Assembly: GCA_036172245.1 (NCBI GenBank)
Contig: JAYWIR010000036.1
Span: forward strand, 1,612,001 to 1,676,000
DNA from: Raillietiella orientalis
Lineage: Eukaryota
DNA: 64,000 nt
Direction of reading: 5' to 3'
The notes below the pieces were generated by a model. That model was not told the DNA's origin and did no database searches. It was given only the letters and a program-made list of their open reading frames with translations. Of this stretch, positions 36,450 through 48,902 are shown piece after piece; position 1 is the first letter of the stretch, and the number at the start of each line of letters is the position of its first letter. The translations under genes and the position numbers were made by a program.

Positions 36450-39300
36450 AGAGCGACGAGCTCGGTGGTTACTCTAGAAGCTCCCCTTCCGCGGATCGTC
36501 TCGCCGGAAAGCCTGCTCCCTGAGAGGTGGTCTCCTTCGAAAAGACGGGAGCGCGGTTCCCTGGATCCTGAAAGCTTGCAGGAAGGGGGGACCCAGCAAT
36601 CTCGGGAAGCTTCCGGGACTCCCCGACGAAGTTTCGGGTGTTCTCCACCCAAGCTAGGTGGTCCCTTCTCTGTCAGGAGCCGATCCGACCCCGGGACGAG
36701 AGTTGGATGGGGATATTCCTCCCAACGACCGCAATCCCCATCGCTCGCTTCTGGCCCGAGGACGCAGCTGATGAGACCAAGGAGGAAGATTTCGCATCGC
36801 GGTTCCTCTCTCCTCCTCCTCTTCACTTGGAAAACATTCGACCACTCCAGCAGCAGACGCAGAGATGGGTCACGCGATCTCGCCCGTGAGGGCATCCTGG
36901 ATCTCCCTGCAGACAGACCGCCAGCGGGGCGAGAGGAACATGGTCCCCTCGGAGGTGCGCCTCCGAATCTCTCCCGAATTGTACATTGGGAACGGCTGCC
37001 CATCCTCGGGTGCGTGTCCGGAGAGCGGTGTTCTCGGTTGCCTTCTTCTGCACTTGGCATGGGACTCCCGGAACGAGTCGGACGGAAAGAAAGCGGCTCC
37101 TCCGCGAGGGAAGGGTCTGGAAGGTAGGGTCCTGCTCTTCAGCGAACCCCCCCCCGAAATCCCGGTGCGCGCACAGGCAGGCGGATGGGTCGCCCCACTC
37201 GGTCATCTTGACCGCCGCCTTGCTTCCTCCCTCTAGTCCTTACGTTCACTCGCATCAGCAAGACCACCCCGGCTCGCTCGAACGCGCGAGAGGACTTGCA
37301 TCCAGCGCCGTGCTGAGGTTCAGACTCCGAGGTCAGAGCGCGCGGGCGGCATTTTCCGGAGGTTGCTGACCCCGGGAGCAGGCGGGCTCCCGGGCGCTCC
37401 TGCAACACCGGGAAGCTCCGCGCCGGAGGACTCTCCGTGTCTCGACAGGTGACCAAGTTGCTCTTTCGCACCGTTGCGAGTGACCTTGCGGCCCGACCAT
37501 CCCTCTACGAGAGCGCGTGGGAATCCGTTCGAGGAGTCGGGAGCGGGAAAAGGAAAGTCACGTGGCACCCAAAGTCGAGCAAACGGGGAGAGTGCGGGGG
37601 TGTTGCCTCCTTTGGCCTGGAGAGCTCCCGAACGGAAAAGGGACGAAGTCGGCAGGGATCCGAGCGACGCCACGGCCTGCCCGGATCCCTGCCAACTTCA
37701 TCCCCGAGCGGACCTGGAAAGGGCTTCCTGCTTGGCCACTCGCCCCGAAGCGGGGCGCGGGTGACGGCATCTGGAGTTTCCCGCCGCATGCACCTTCCGT
37801 CTCCCTCACCCTCTCCTCAGGGAGCGCCAGCCACATGAGTGGAATGCACGCTTGGAAGGGCCGCGAACTGTTGCTGCCCTCTGGAAGGGGGGGGGAGACT
37901 CCAGGTAAAGACGACCCTGCCCTGTCGTCGACCGCGGGATCGCCGAGGGCGGCACCACTGCTCTTGAGCACGCCTGTTTCTTTCTCTAGGGGAGCGGACG
38001 AGGTCTCGGCCCGCTTGGCGACCTCCCAGCAATGTTTTGCCAAGGACGCCAAGCACCTCCCTACCCCTCCCGACTGACTCCGGCGCGTTTCGTCTCGAAG
38101 GGCGGGTCGATCTCCGAGGAAAGCCGCAGGTGCTGCCCCCCCGTGCCCGGATCTCTCGCGGCGACCGCAACGACGACGACGACGGATTCCCCGGTGTGGC
38201 AGCTCAAACAGGGAGCTGCGTCCGCAGGACTTCACGCGTTCCTCCGGAGCGATCTCCAGAGCCGGGCGCAAGCGCACTCTGGGGATCACGTGATCTCTCG
38301 CCGGGGCCGTCGGGGCAGGGGAGAGGAGCGTTGGAACCGGTTGCCGCAAGGGCCCCTCCGAGCTCAGGGAGACCGCGGCGCCTCGAGGCAGTGGTGGGCC
38401 CGCCGGTAGCCCCGGGACGTCTCGCAGCCAGAGCGCGGCGTCTGCACCGTCCCCAGCCTCCGGGCCCGTGGACTCCTGCCAGCAGCCCCCCTCGCGACCT
38501 GCTCGCAGGCTGAGCGCGGCTGACTGCTCTTCCCTCTCTTACCCCCCCCCCTTTCCGGAACATCTTCTGCTGCTCCGCTGGCATGTGGAGCCGGCAGCGT
38601 GCCGGAGCACGTGACCTCGTCATGGGCAGGCGCCACCACTGCGAAAAGCTTGCCAGAAGTCCCGCGCAGACGTGGAGCCTGCAAGCGGTCCCACCGCCAG
38701 CTCCGAAAGAGGTGGACTGCACTCTGAACTGCAATGCGCTTCTCTCCGCTCCTCTTTGCAGAGGGGAGGGCCCTTTGCCCCTGTCCTTTGAGCGCCTGCT
38801 ACCGGCAGGCCGCCCAAGTGGTCTACGTCCGCCGCCGCGAGCGGGTCATCCCGCCGCGTCTCGGCGGTTCCTCGAGTTGGCGGCCGACTGGAGCCGCCGG
38901 AAAGCGGCACGAAGAGAAGTCACGACGAGCGGCTACCGGCGCACGTGCGGGCGCAGCGGGGGCGAGCGCGTGAATGCGGAAGGTCACCTCGCTTGAGGCT
39001 ATGCTTCGGGGCGGACAGGTGGCTGCGCACAGAGGCCCTGAGATAGGACCACAGGTGCTTCCTGGCTCTTCCCGCGGGAGTCTTCCCCCACACCTGGAGA
39101 GTGGAAGATTTCAACAGAAAGCAAGCCTCCCTGGAACTCCTGGGAGGGTGAGAAACGCCCTGCCCTCCCGATCACTCTCTCCGGAGGGGAAGCGGCCTCT
39201 TCTTGTGCTCCCAACTCGGTCCGGAGGAACGTCCCCCGGGGCGTTCTTGCAAGTGTCGCTTCGACGTCGCGAATGACCTTTGCAAGCACGATGAAAGTCC
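36450..39300 (-). mobile_element. Decayed LINE ORF1-like region, probably the 5' part of a Tx1-like element
   Basis: Degenerate knuckle context (PGVP.. / SAEEGNREHRSP); peptide SLGSLPTSSLFRSGALQ...PF resembles SSLHLTTPSVVRRGQL...PF in the plus-strand copy near 51750. Confidence 0.4.
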
Positions 39301-41048
39301 GTATGACTGCGGCGCCACTGCCGGTGTCACTTGGTTCTGACAGCGGACTCTAGGAGACGGGGGTGGAGTGTGAAAGCAGTGAGTCTAGGACTCTGGGGTC
39401 GAAGTTCCCCCAGGTGCTGCCAGAGTCGCTGGATGCGGCGGATCCAGCCAGCCGTAGGCTAAAGACGAGTGGAGAGCCAATGCAGGTCGCTAAGTTCACG
39501 AGGAGCCAACCCTTACCTCCCCCTCCACACACATGTACGCACAGCACCAGCACCACTGTTTCTCTAGCACACGGGGTATGGAGGGTGGCATGTGGGTGGG
39601 TGCTCTGAAGGTCGCTGCGTCTGAAGGTCACTGAAGGTTGCGAATGCCACAGCGTCTGCCCCGTTCGGGAAGAGCAGGCTCCAGGAACCGAACGGGCTCT
39701 GCAGCGCACGTGACCACACCAACCGTTCCTCTGGGCTGACTGGGACAGAGCTGCCGCGCGCGCCCGGTAGAAACTTCCCCGGAGTCTGTGCATTCCACCG
39801 ACGAGCGTGCTCGAGATGCTCTACAGATCCCGACGTCCCTACGGGTCGTAGCCAGAGGGCGCAGAGGGATGGTTCCTGGATCCACGGGTTCCGGAGTCGG
39901 ACGAGGGTCTTCTCCTTCATGGGCATCCGCACGGACCGAGTGGCACGGAGGAAGTGCCGGCAAGCGGCGAGCCGGGCATTTCGTTGCAGAGACCGCCACC
40001 GTCCCTGGGCACTTCGAAGACGTTCGAACCCAGCCGTGGGCGATCTTCCTGCCACAGAGGACAGTGCCCCCACGTCCGTTGCGGGAGGCGTGCGTCAGAG
40101 GTCGCAGCCCGCTCGAAAAAAAGCGCGCCGCAGGTCACAATTTTAGACACAGAGGCCGCCAATTTCTAAAGTCTATAATTTGTAATGGTCAGTTTTATTG
40201 ATATGCGTGTGTGCGGCTCTTCTTCTTCCTCTTCCTGTTCTCCACGTGGTGTGAGCGCCGTCGAATCTCCGCAGCCCATCCATCCTGCTGCGATGGTCAG
40301 AGCCGGGGGCATTCGAAACTTGACGGCCAAAAGAGATGGGAAAACGAGGCTCCTTTGTCCGCGAAAGGCGAAGCAAAAATCGGTATGGAGGAAGAGGGAA
40401 AACTCCTTTCACGAGAGTCTCCGGTCAGCATCCGTTTCTAAGAGGTCATGCGAGTCATCCACGTCTCCTCCTCCAAAATGGCGCACGACGCCGTCCAGAC
40501 GGGCTGACTGGCCTGGGTCCGCCCACTGAGACCACCTCTCTGACCCGGCAAGTAGGGAGAAGGCACTTTGCCGGTCGCTCCCGTCTCCTCTGGTGAACCT
40601 CTCCATAGCGGGAGCGGGGGCCAGAAAGGCGGCGACTCTACAACACCCTTCCCCCGCTCGCTCGCCGCCTTGGCGTGCGTGGTCGAGACCGACGGGTGCA
40701 ATCGGCGATCTCCCCAGCTTGCAGCTTCCGGCGTCCGTTCGAGAACGCCCACGAAGAGGACGCTGGACCGCAGCCACAGAAAACACCGCGAGACGGGAAA
40801 CTCGGGGACCCTGACCTGGAGAGACGCGGGCGCTCCTCGGACAGGCCCCCTGAGCGTTCCGAAACCCTGGCAAAGTCGCCCGCCGCTTCGCGCCTAGTAG
40901 GAGCGTCATCGCGAGGTTTGTCCGCCTAGCCGCACAAAGCAGCAGCCGCTCCCCTTGAACCACGTCCCTTGGCGGCGCGCGGGCGGTTAGTGGGGGAGGA
41001 GCCGACCCTCGAGGCACATTCACCCGTCTGCTTGTTTACTTGCACGCT

Positions 41049-41668
41049 TGTCTCATCCCGGTGTGACCGAGTGGCTCGGCTTTCGCGGCGGCGGCTGCGC
41101 GGCTGCCGCGCGCGACACCGAGCGTCGCGGGTTCGAATCCAGCCCAGGACGAAGTATCAACGCCGAGAACAAGGGTGCGGCATTGGTTGACACCCGGGCA
41201 CGCCGGGGCGTTTATTTCTAAACCTACATGTCTGTGGCAGGGCGTTTGATCCTGCCACGTTACTTATGGGTGAACTGGAACAAAGTGCAACATTGGTGGA
41301 AACCGGATGTCCCTGATGACTGCCCGGGATTGGAAGCTGACCTTCCGGAGTCCTTCCAGAAATCAGGGAGCCCTTTCGGTTGTATAAATGGAGCCGCCGC
41401 CCCCTCGGGGGTTGTCTCTCCAGTCTGCAATAAGTGCGCTGCTCCCTTAGAGGTTCTCTTCAGAAAAGTAAACGAGGAGCAGTTCCCTTGCAAGTTCCCT
41501 CCGGAGAAGAGTGACCCCCTCCGGGGGGTTCGTTTCAGAGACAACTAGAGCGAGGGTTTCCTGTGGAGGTCCCTTCCAAGCGTGAGAGGACCGGACTCCT
41601 TCCTCCAGGGTCTTCCTGGATTCATAGGGTGGTCCCTCCGGGGTCGCCCCTTAATTTGGGGAGTGACA
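41049..41668 (+). mobile_element. tRNA-like-containing interspersed repeat (solo-LTR-like or SINE), best-preserved copy
   Basis: Begins TGTCTCATCCC and ends GGGGAGTGACA; A-box-like TGACCGAGTGG (41064) and perfect B box GGTTCGAATCC (41130-41140); body words shared with three other copies. Confidence 0.65.
41188..41277 (-). mobile_element. About 90-bp extreme 3' end of the same LINE with an imperfect target-site duplication of about 20 bp
   Basis: Minus strand reads GTAACGTGGCAGG...AATAAACGCCCCGGCGTGCCCGGGTGTCA, flanked by GAACAAGGGTGCGGCATTGGT and GAACAAAGTGCAACATTGGT. Confidence 0.65.
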
Positions 41669-41924
41669 CGCACCCTCTGCTGGAGTGGACAGCGTCAAAG
41701 AGCGTCGTGACCCTTCCTTCCGAGTAGGCGAACAGCTCTTCAGCACTGCAGCCAACCAAAAAAAAAACCGAAGATTGGAAGGAAGCATCCGGAAAGGTCT
41801 GCGTCTGTAACCTTCGCTTTCCGCTGCTCGCGCCAGCCCACGGGGCAAAATCAGAAAGGACGACTGTGCCGCCGGCTACTTGCAGCCTACGGGCAAAAAA
41901 GGACGCCAGACGGCAGAGGCGACG

Positions 41925-41930
41925 TTTATT
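41925..41930 (-). promoter_or_regulatory. Probable polyadenylation signal of the ApoD-like gene
   Basis: First AATAAA on the minus strand, about 120 nt past the stop codon. Confidence 0.45.
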
Positions 41931-42046
41931 CTTTGCTTTCCGCGTCTGCCGCAGCGAAGGCCTTGCGGCGCCCTGCGTCGTGTGACGACGGGCTGCTGTG
42001 AACTCCGTAGCGAGTCCGGCCGGACGCTGCACCAGACGGGCCGCTG

Positions 42047-42207
42047 TCATGTGACCACCGAGGGAGTTTTGATCAAGGGTCCCTTGCATCCCTCGTTCGT
42101 CGGCTTCATCTTCTGGGGATCCAGGCCCAGGAGGCGGGTGGTGTTACGGGCGATCTCCAGCCATTTCCGCTCCAGTTGGGGTCTCCTCGCCACAATTTTA
42201 TAAAGCA
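42047..42207 (-). CDS. ApoD-like exon 5 (terminal)
   Basis: (V)LYKIVARRPQLERKWLEIARNTTRLLGLDPQKMKPTNEGCKGPLIKTPSVVT*. The acceptor is AAG after a pyrimidine tract, so the exact boundary is less certain. Confidence 0.82.
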
Positions 42208-45200
42208 CTTTCCGTTGTCATGGGGAGGAAACAAAGGGAGGTGAACAAGCGAAAGGCGCGGTTCGCTGCGCGCGTCCTTCGCGGGACGGGCGGCGGCGGC
42301 GCGGAGAGGATTTGGGAGCGTCAAGAAGGATCGCGCGTGGTGCCCCGAAAGCGCCATCGAACCCAGAGCCGGTCGTCATGGCAGCGAATCCGAACCCAGG
42401 GGCGAGATTAGGCGTGCAGTCGAGTGCGTCCCCCAAGATTGCCCCTTGCCCCGTTGCAGGGAAAAGTCGCGTGCGCACCGCCGACTCAACCAAGCCCTCA
42501 CCCGGCACAACGCGTGAGACACGTCTTGCGCTATACGGGACCCATGGATTGTATGTACATGGATACTAAGACGGTATCGATACAAGGTACAAAATGTATC
42601 CTAAGCCTTATTGCAGTAGAACACTTATTAGTTCACGTCGACACGAAGAGGTGCCGCCATTTTCTCGCCTCCGCGTTAAAAAATGGTTTGCTTTCATTCA
42701 ATAGAATAGCAATACTTTAACGACATAAGTAATTTTAATAATGAGATAATAAGTGAAATGCGAACTTGCATTGTTCAAGTTTAAGTGACAAAAAGCTTTT
42801 AAAGTTCCATCGATATTTAATCAAGTTAGGCAATTCTACACTTTCGGCTCTCTACCGCTGTGGAAACGCTCACCTCATCGTGCCAGTTCACACCTGAAAA
42901 TGTGGACGGAAAAGAACAAACCTACTTAAATCACGTGTTCGTGTTCCTCCCTGGAAAGCAGCGAAAACGACACAACAGCCCGAAGCTGCAACCCACCCAC
43001 CCACAGCGCCCCTCAAGGTGGATCTCCCGGTCCGCACGTGGACGTGGCCATTTTCTTGCCGCCGCGGCCCACGTTTCTTGTGGGCCCACGGCGCTGCACG
43101 CGGGCCGGCAGCGCTAGGATTTGGATCACGTGAGCGAACAGGAACAGCAGCGTTTCGCTACGTGGTCGAGGCCAGCGGAAGCTGCCTCCCAGTGGATTAT
43201 CGGGCGGATCACGTTATAAATGCGTAGACATACACACATTTATACAACCTAAATCCATCTTTGAAATGCATTGTCCTCTGTACATAAGGGAACCATGCCT
43301 GACGAGAACGGACGGAACCACGAACGAGGTACGGAAAGCCGCTCATGTGCTCTTTCGGGACGGTTTTTAAGTGGCTCGTCCTGTGGTCCACCTATTTATA
43401 CATTTTTGTTGGAAGGAGGAGTCTTTTTATAACTCATTCACTTTTGCCACATGTGATGTACGTCTCTAAATAAACGTACGCATGCGATCCTTGGTGTTCC
43501 GTTACATTCGATTTCCAGCTTTACGCGCATGCGCGGGTGCGACGCGAGGGGAAAGATGTTCCAGGTGGCGCCTCAGAGAGCCGCAGCTCGGCCGCGCCTG
43601 GAGATGCCTTTGAGAAGAGTTCGGGAGCAATGCAAGGAACCATCGCCGCCACGTCGAGACAGGAGGCGCTCGCGAGCGAAGGGGCTGAGGGCTTACCTAT
43701 GTGGAACAGTCCTTTTTCGGCGCACACCCATTCCAGGGCCCAGTTCTTGTAGTCCGTGTCCAGGACTTGGAAGCTGGTGGCAGGCACGACTGAGTGAGAG
43801 AGAGTTGAGGTCAGCAGGGAAGTGGGGAGGGGCGTCCGAAGCCCCTCGCAAGGCTCACTACCCTTGGGAGGGGCAAACCCTCTTCCGCACTGCTTGCCCG
43901 GCCCGCGCGCGGGAAACAAAGCGCCGGCGGGCACCACCATGCATTGCCGCCGCCCTTCTTGCAGGAAGCTCTGCCCTCCGCTCGATGGACGCCAGAGGAA
44001 GAGACCGGGAAGGGCGGGGCATCTTCCAGCGCGTTGAGGCCGCTCGCTGCCTTCCGAAAGTTCGCAGCCAGGCACTGTCAGGAGTCTCCGGACAGAGTCG
44101 TAGGGAACTGCGGGGGAAGCCGAGGCGCAAGGGGGACGAGGCGGGTTCCCGCACTCCGAATCGCACGGGGACGGCGGGAAGATGCGTGCAGGGGTGACAG
44201 CTCCCACGCCCCAGGGGCGAAAGGAGTCAGAAACGGCCCTGGAGAGACCTCGCTTCGCGGGCAGTATGACGCGCCGAAGGAGCTGCTCTCCCGAACCGCG
44301 GACTCGTCTCAAGGGGATGCCGCTCGAGACACAGAGCAGCCGCAATCCCTCACCAGGGAGGAGGGGCATGGAGTGCAAGACCGGACAGATCTGGACCCGA
44401 TCTCGGGGACTGCAATCTTCTCGGAAACTCCCCAAGCACGTCCTCGAGCTGAAGACGAGTCTTGTCGTCGGCGCTCTCACCACGTCGCCTTCTTGCAGGA
44501 GGAGAAACCCAAGACGCGAGAGGAAGAAGGAAGAAGAATGCAGCAGGACCAAAACCTCAGCAGCGTGGTGGCCACCACTTTTGCGCAGGGGGTCCCACTC
44601 ACTCCGTGCCGGGCGCCAACAGTTCCGCGTGCACCCTCGCTTGCTCCCGCCAGCGCGGCTGGAGCCGACGAGGAACCAGCCGAGCCGTCGAAGAGCGACT
44701 CGGTTGGTTCCTCGATGGCTCCTCGTCGAGGAACCACCGAGAGCAGGTCGGTGGTGTTCGTGGGTGACGGGCGATCCGCTGCGCTGAACGGAAGGCCCCA
44801 AACGGTGCCATCTTGCTGCGTTTCCTCTGTTCCACCCCACCCTGCCTCCGAAAGGAGAGTCTGGCGTGGTTGGCTCCCTCCAGCATCTTCCCCTCCGCTT
44901 CGGAGCCAGGGAGGAGGAGATAGGAGAGAACTCCTGGCCACCGCCAGTTCTCAAGGCGCGCCTCGGAGGGCAGGCAGCATCAGCGTGCACTCCCCCTTAT
45001 CAGGGGGGACATTGGGGAGCCCAACTCTGGGTCCAGGGAGAAGCGGAAGGAGGGACGGTCAGCCGCGGACCACTAAGAGACTGTAGACAGCGAACGTACC
45101 ACGGGAGCAGAGCGCAGGAGGAGACCAAAAACGGAATTACTTACGCTGTATCCCCGTCAGTGCGATGTAGTACTTGTGCTTCTCCGAGGAAGGCTTCAGG

Positions 45201-48200
45201 TCCGTGGTGAACGACACCTCCGTGGACGTGCTGCAAGACAAACAAACAAACCTGTGCGACCGCGGCGTACGTTCGTCCCCGGCTCTCGATACCGGTCGAC
45301 CGCGCGCTCTCGGGATGCCCTGATGTGGGACCCACCCTCTTCTTCTTCTCCTCCTCCTTTCCGCCGCCCTACTATTTCCTGTTCGCTCGCGGAGGACCTC
45401 TACGGCAGGACCGCCGGTTCCCCGGCAACGAAAGGAAAAGTTCCGGACAGGCGCGTTCAGAGGCGCCGAACAGAAGCAGAGAGAAACTGCAGGGCGGCAG
45501 GCCCGCCGCGAGTGCCGAACGCCCGATGAGCAGCAAAAAAAGCAGGGAGTACCCGTCCGGGGCGTTGCGAAAGGCGACAGCGGACCCATTTCTCCAGATG
45601 GCGCGCAGCTCCTCTCGGGTCTGACGGTCCGGGAAGCGCTCTCGGACAGGGAGAGAGAGTCCTCCCACCCCAACCCGTCCAGCTCGACCGTCATTAGCGA
45701 TGGGCGAGCCTGCGGCGACCATTCTAGTGTTCTTTGCCCAAGGAGGGTTTTCCATCTCACGAGACCGAATCCTGAATTCAAACCCGCGGCATTCCTGTCG
45801 ACACGACGGAGAGGAGGGGAGGGAAGAGAACGAAACGAGGAGCAGACGCAAAGCAAACGCAGCAAGTAACAATGGCTGCGCCAGTCGCGACGGTGGACTG
45901 CGAGGAACGACGGCATCAGCGGCGGCAGCCAGCCGAGAAAGGTGTCTAGCACAGGGACGGCATTCAGAGAGCCGCCACTGTGCCGGATGCTGCAATCACA
46001 GCTGGAGGAACGTGTTAATCACCTGCCGGACTTCCGCTGAGATCGGAAGGGCCAGTGACCTCAGATGACCTACGCTCTCTCGTCCGACGGGCAAGCAAGG
46101 AGCGCACCTCCCCTTGCGGAAGGATCTCGGCAGCTGCCGCTCGCCAGACTTTCCGGGAAGCCACTGCGCCCTCGAAGAACCGGAGGAACAGACGAAAGCG
46201 GGGGTTTGGGAGAGATGGAGCCGAACCGGCGACCATGCTGGTGACCTGGTCCTTGATCTGCATTCGGGTGGCTTTCGCCTGTGGGGTGCAGCGCAGGACG
46301 AGGTGAGGAAAACCTCAGGGGAAAACCCACCCACGGACTCCTCCTCGATCCTATCAAGACGCAGGCGGCATCCCATAGACCTACCTGCTCGGACACAGTG
46401 CAAGAAGCATGAGGTCAGCCTCCGACAAAGAATCACCCCACCCTGCGCCGCCGCACTCCCACCCAGTCCGCATGTTCCCGATGTCAGCAACGATCAAATG
46501 ATCCCACCATCGCCCCTGCGTAGCTTCCCAGGCAACCAGGTCCCGCACGCGGATTCTCAGGGATTCTGCTGACCTCTGACGAGGACTCTTCGAGACCTTC
46601 CTCGCCACCACCGGGACTCGTGGGGCCACCAATTTAGGCTACCACTTCGATCGCACGGCCCTCAGCCGCCCCTCTGCAAGTCCTGTGGGGCTCCTGGGAA
46701 CTGTCGCTTTGCCGCTCTGATGTCACAGCTACGCCAATGCACGAGAAGACCTCTCCAGGAGACCCCACACGCTCCTCGGCAGACTCGCACGGACCACGCA
46801 CGCCCCCTGATGGGCACCGCACGGACTTCTCTCGGTTGACTTCGGTCCTCCTCGGCTCTGGCAGACAGAGCTCACCGTTCAGGTGGTCTGTCTGTCAGAG
46901 CACCTCAACGGTGAGGTCTGTCTGTCACCGCTCCCGTGGACAGGAAGGCGAGAGTTTGTAGAGACTTCCTTCCGGAAGGGAGAGGACGGCATCCCTGCGT
47001 GACGTCGAGGACCCCCTACGAGCAGAGGGGGCGTGCTCGGTCAGATCCCTCGACGCTGCAGGGTGCTGATCACTCTCTCTGGAGAGGGATGGTGGCTCCC
47101 TTCGCCCCAGAGGCGCCACCGGGAGGGAGGGACCGGGAGCTGAGAATGAGAAGCGCCCCCGCCAGTAGAGGGCGAGCGAAAGGGCCGACTTCTCGTTCCC
47201 GTGCAGCCCGTCTCCTGGGAGCAGAGCAGCTCCCAGCGGCTCCTGGCTGAGGCATGCGGCGCACGCCTGGAGGATGGGATGTCTCCAGGGAAGGAAGGGG
47301 AGGGGAACGGCGCCCTCCAAGAGTCTCTTACCAGGGGGAATTACTCGGTCCGAGGTCACTCGAGCATGATGGGCACGGCGAAGAGATTGTGGTGCCCTCT
47401 GAGCGTTTGCTGGAGTGGTAATGTAGAGGAGTGGAGGAGTAATCGTGACCCACGGAGGAGCGTGATATCAGGTCATCCGGAGCGGAGCGGAGCAGAGTGC
47501 GAAGCCTCCCCTCTCCCCCTCCCGGTACTCCCAGGGGACAACAGGAGAGGAAGGGAGGTCACGCATTTATCTTCGAGGCGACAGGAGACCGCACAGAGGG
47601 TGAGCGGACTAGGAGCTAAGGGGGTCGCACTAGATCTTCTGGCTCTCCTGACGCTCCCTGCCTCTCGGGGATGTGCGCGCGCGTTCCGCCCTTGGCGGGC
47701 CGGGGGCGGCATCGCCGCGAAGTGACCCTCCCAGGGGGAACTGCCCGCAGCGGCGGCCTCTTACAAGATCGGGATGAACTTGATCAGAAGACCCATGGAG
47801 TCGTCCGCATATTTCACAGCCACCGTGGTCCAGCATCTTCCGAGGTGCTGCGCGAGGGACAGAGTCCTCTCCTGCTCGAACCACACGCCCAGGAACTAAA
47901 ATGCAGTGCGGCCAGGTCAGCGAGGGGCGGAGGGAAGCAGGGGGGCGGGGTGGCTCAACCTAGCTCGCGACTTTCCGCGCGACCTAGCCGAGGGGGAAGG
48001 GAGGGAGGGGGGCGGCGCCTTCTGAAGGGGAGGGGATCTGCCCCTTCCTCCCCAAGGCGACCAGAGAAGCATCTTGCCTTAACCCCCTTATGCGAAAACG
48101 CCTGCGAGCACCCGCCCGAGGAAGGGAGTCCCTTCTCCTCCCCCCGTCTCCCCGCATGGTAGAGTCCTTGTGGCCCTTTTTCCTCCTCCGCCTCTTCCTC

Positions 48201-48902
48201 TCCTCCCGGTGGGAACGCGTTTCGCCGATCGCCGCCATGGGCGCACGCGAGCCGTTCCCGCGGACATCTTCCACGCGGAAGGCTATGGAGAAGGCGAAGG
48301 AGAGCGTGGGACGGGCAGCAGGGAAGTCCCCTTCGCACCCCGTCCGCAGCACCTGCCAGGAGGACTCGGGAGCGGCGCCAGGAGCGGTCCCCTGAGGGTG
48401 GGTGCGGAGACCACGATAACGGAGGAGGGGGGAGGGCAAAAACCGACCTAGCACGCGCTGCCGATCAGCACGGGGTGCTCCTGAGCGATGTGTGGGAGAC
48501 CCTCGTCCTTCCCGGTTGCCCCGGCTACGGGAGGGAGCAGCGGCCGAGGCGGCTTCCCGGGTGTCCCGCTCTCCTCCCGCCCAACCTCCGCCCAGGATGC
48601 TCCGCTTCCGGCAGCCAGGAGGCCGCCGCCTCCTTCGTCGGGCGGTTCTCAACCTCAACCCCGCCCTCCCGCGCCTGAGATGGGCCCTCCCCGGCCCTCC
48701 TCCCTCTCCCTCCCTCCCTCCCGGGGGTGGTCCGGAAGGCAAGAAGAGGTGCTCCCACCTTGTTCTCGTCGAATCCCGGCTTGGCGTGGTAGGGCGGGCA
48801 GGGCCCGGGCAGGACGAGCTGTCCGTTGCCCAGCTCGCCCAGCAGCGCCAGCAGCAGCAGCAGTGGCGGCGGTGACGAGCAGAGGCGCCGCAGGAGGTCC
48901 AT
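42047..48902 (-). CDS. Apolipoprotein D-like secreted lipocalin, 5 exons, about 204 aa (alternative ATG at 48911)
   Basis: Exons 48759-48902, 47765-47895, 45145-45230, 43697-43789, 42047-42207 join in phase (615 nt). Leu-rich signal peptide, GPCP, FDENKFLGVWFEQER (lipocalin SCR1), VLDTDYKNWALEWVC (SCR2), IVARRPQL (SCR3), C-terminal TNEGC; four ApoD-type cysteines. Confidence 0.9.
43697..43789 (-). CDS. ApoD-like exon 4 (TDY motif)
   Basis: (L)VPATSFQVLDTDYKNWALEWVCAEKGLFHI; acceptor ctctcactcag, donor AG|gtaagc. Confidence 0.92.
   Translation of the reverse strand, partial: SCLPPASKSWTRTTRTGPWNGCAPKKDCST
45145..45230 (-). CDS. ApoD-like exon 3
   Basis: TSTEVSFTTDLKPSSEKHKYYIALTGIQ; acceptor cttgcag, donor gtaagt; phases 2 and 1 fit both neighbours. 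Confidence 0.8.
46000..47600 (-). mobile_element. Decayed L1/Tx1-type RT fragment in ApoD-like intron 2
   Basis: VRDSWRAPFPSPSF resembles GVRQGCPLSPLLF; downstream ASGAK resembles ASGAKIN. Confidence 0.35.
47765..47895 (-). CDS. ApoD-like exon 2 (GxW motif)
   Basis: FLGVWFEQERTLSLAQHLGRCWTT...; acceptor ttttag, donor gtaaga. Confidence 0.9.
48759..48902 (-). CDS. ApoD-like exon 1 (signal peptide)
   Basis: MDLLRRLCSSPPPLLLLLALLGELGNGQLVLPGPCPPYHAKPGFDENK; donor AAG|gtggga. Confidence 0.88.

Noticed and set aside
41056..41149. Functional tRNA gene
   Set aside because: Only the A/B boxes and a partial acceptor stem are good; the anticodon region is expanded and irregular, and it sits inside a repeat.
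41211..41216. TE-donated poly(A) signal for the ApoD-like gene
   Set aside because: A closer AATAAA lies at 41925-41930; nothing in the sequence favours the distal one.
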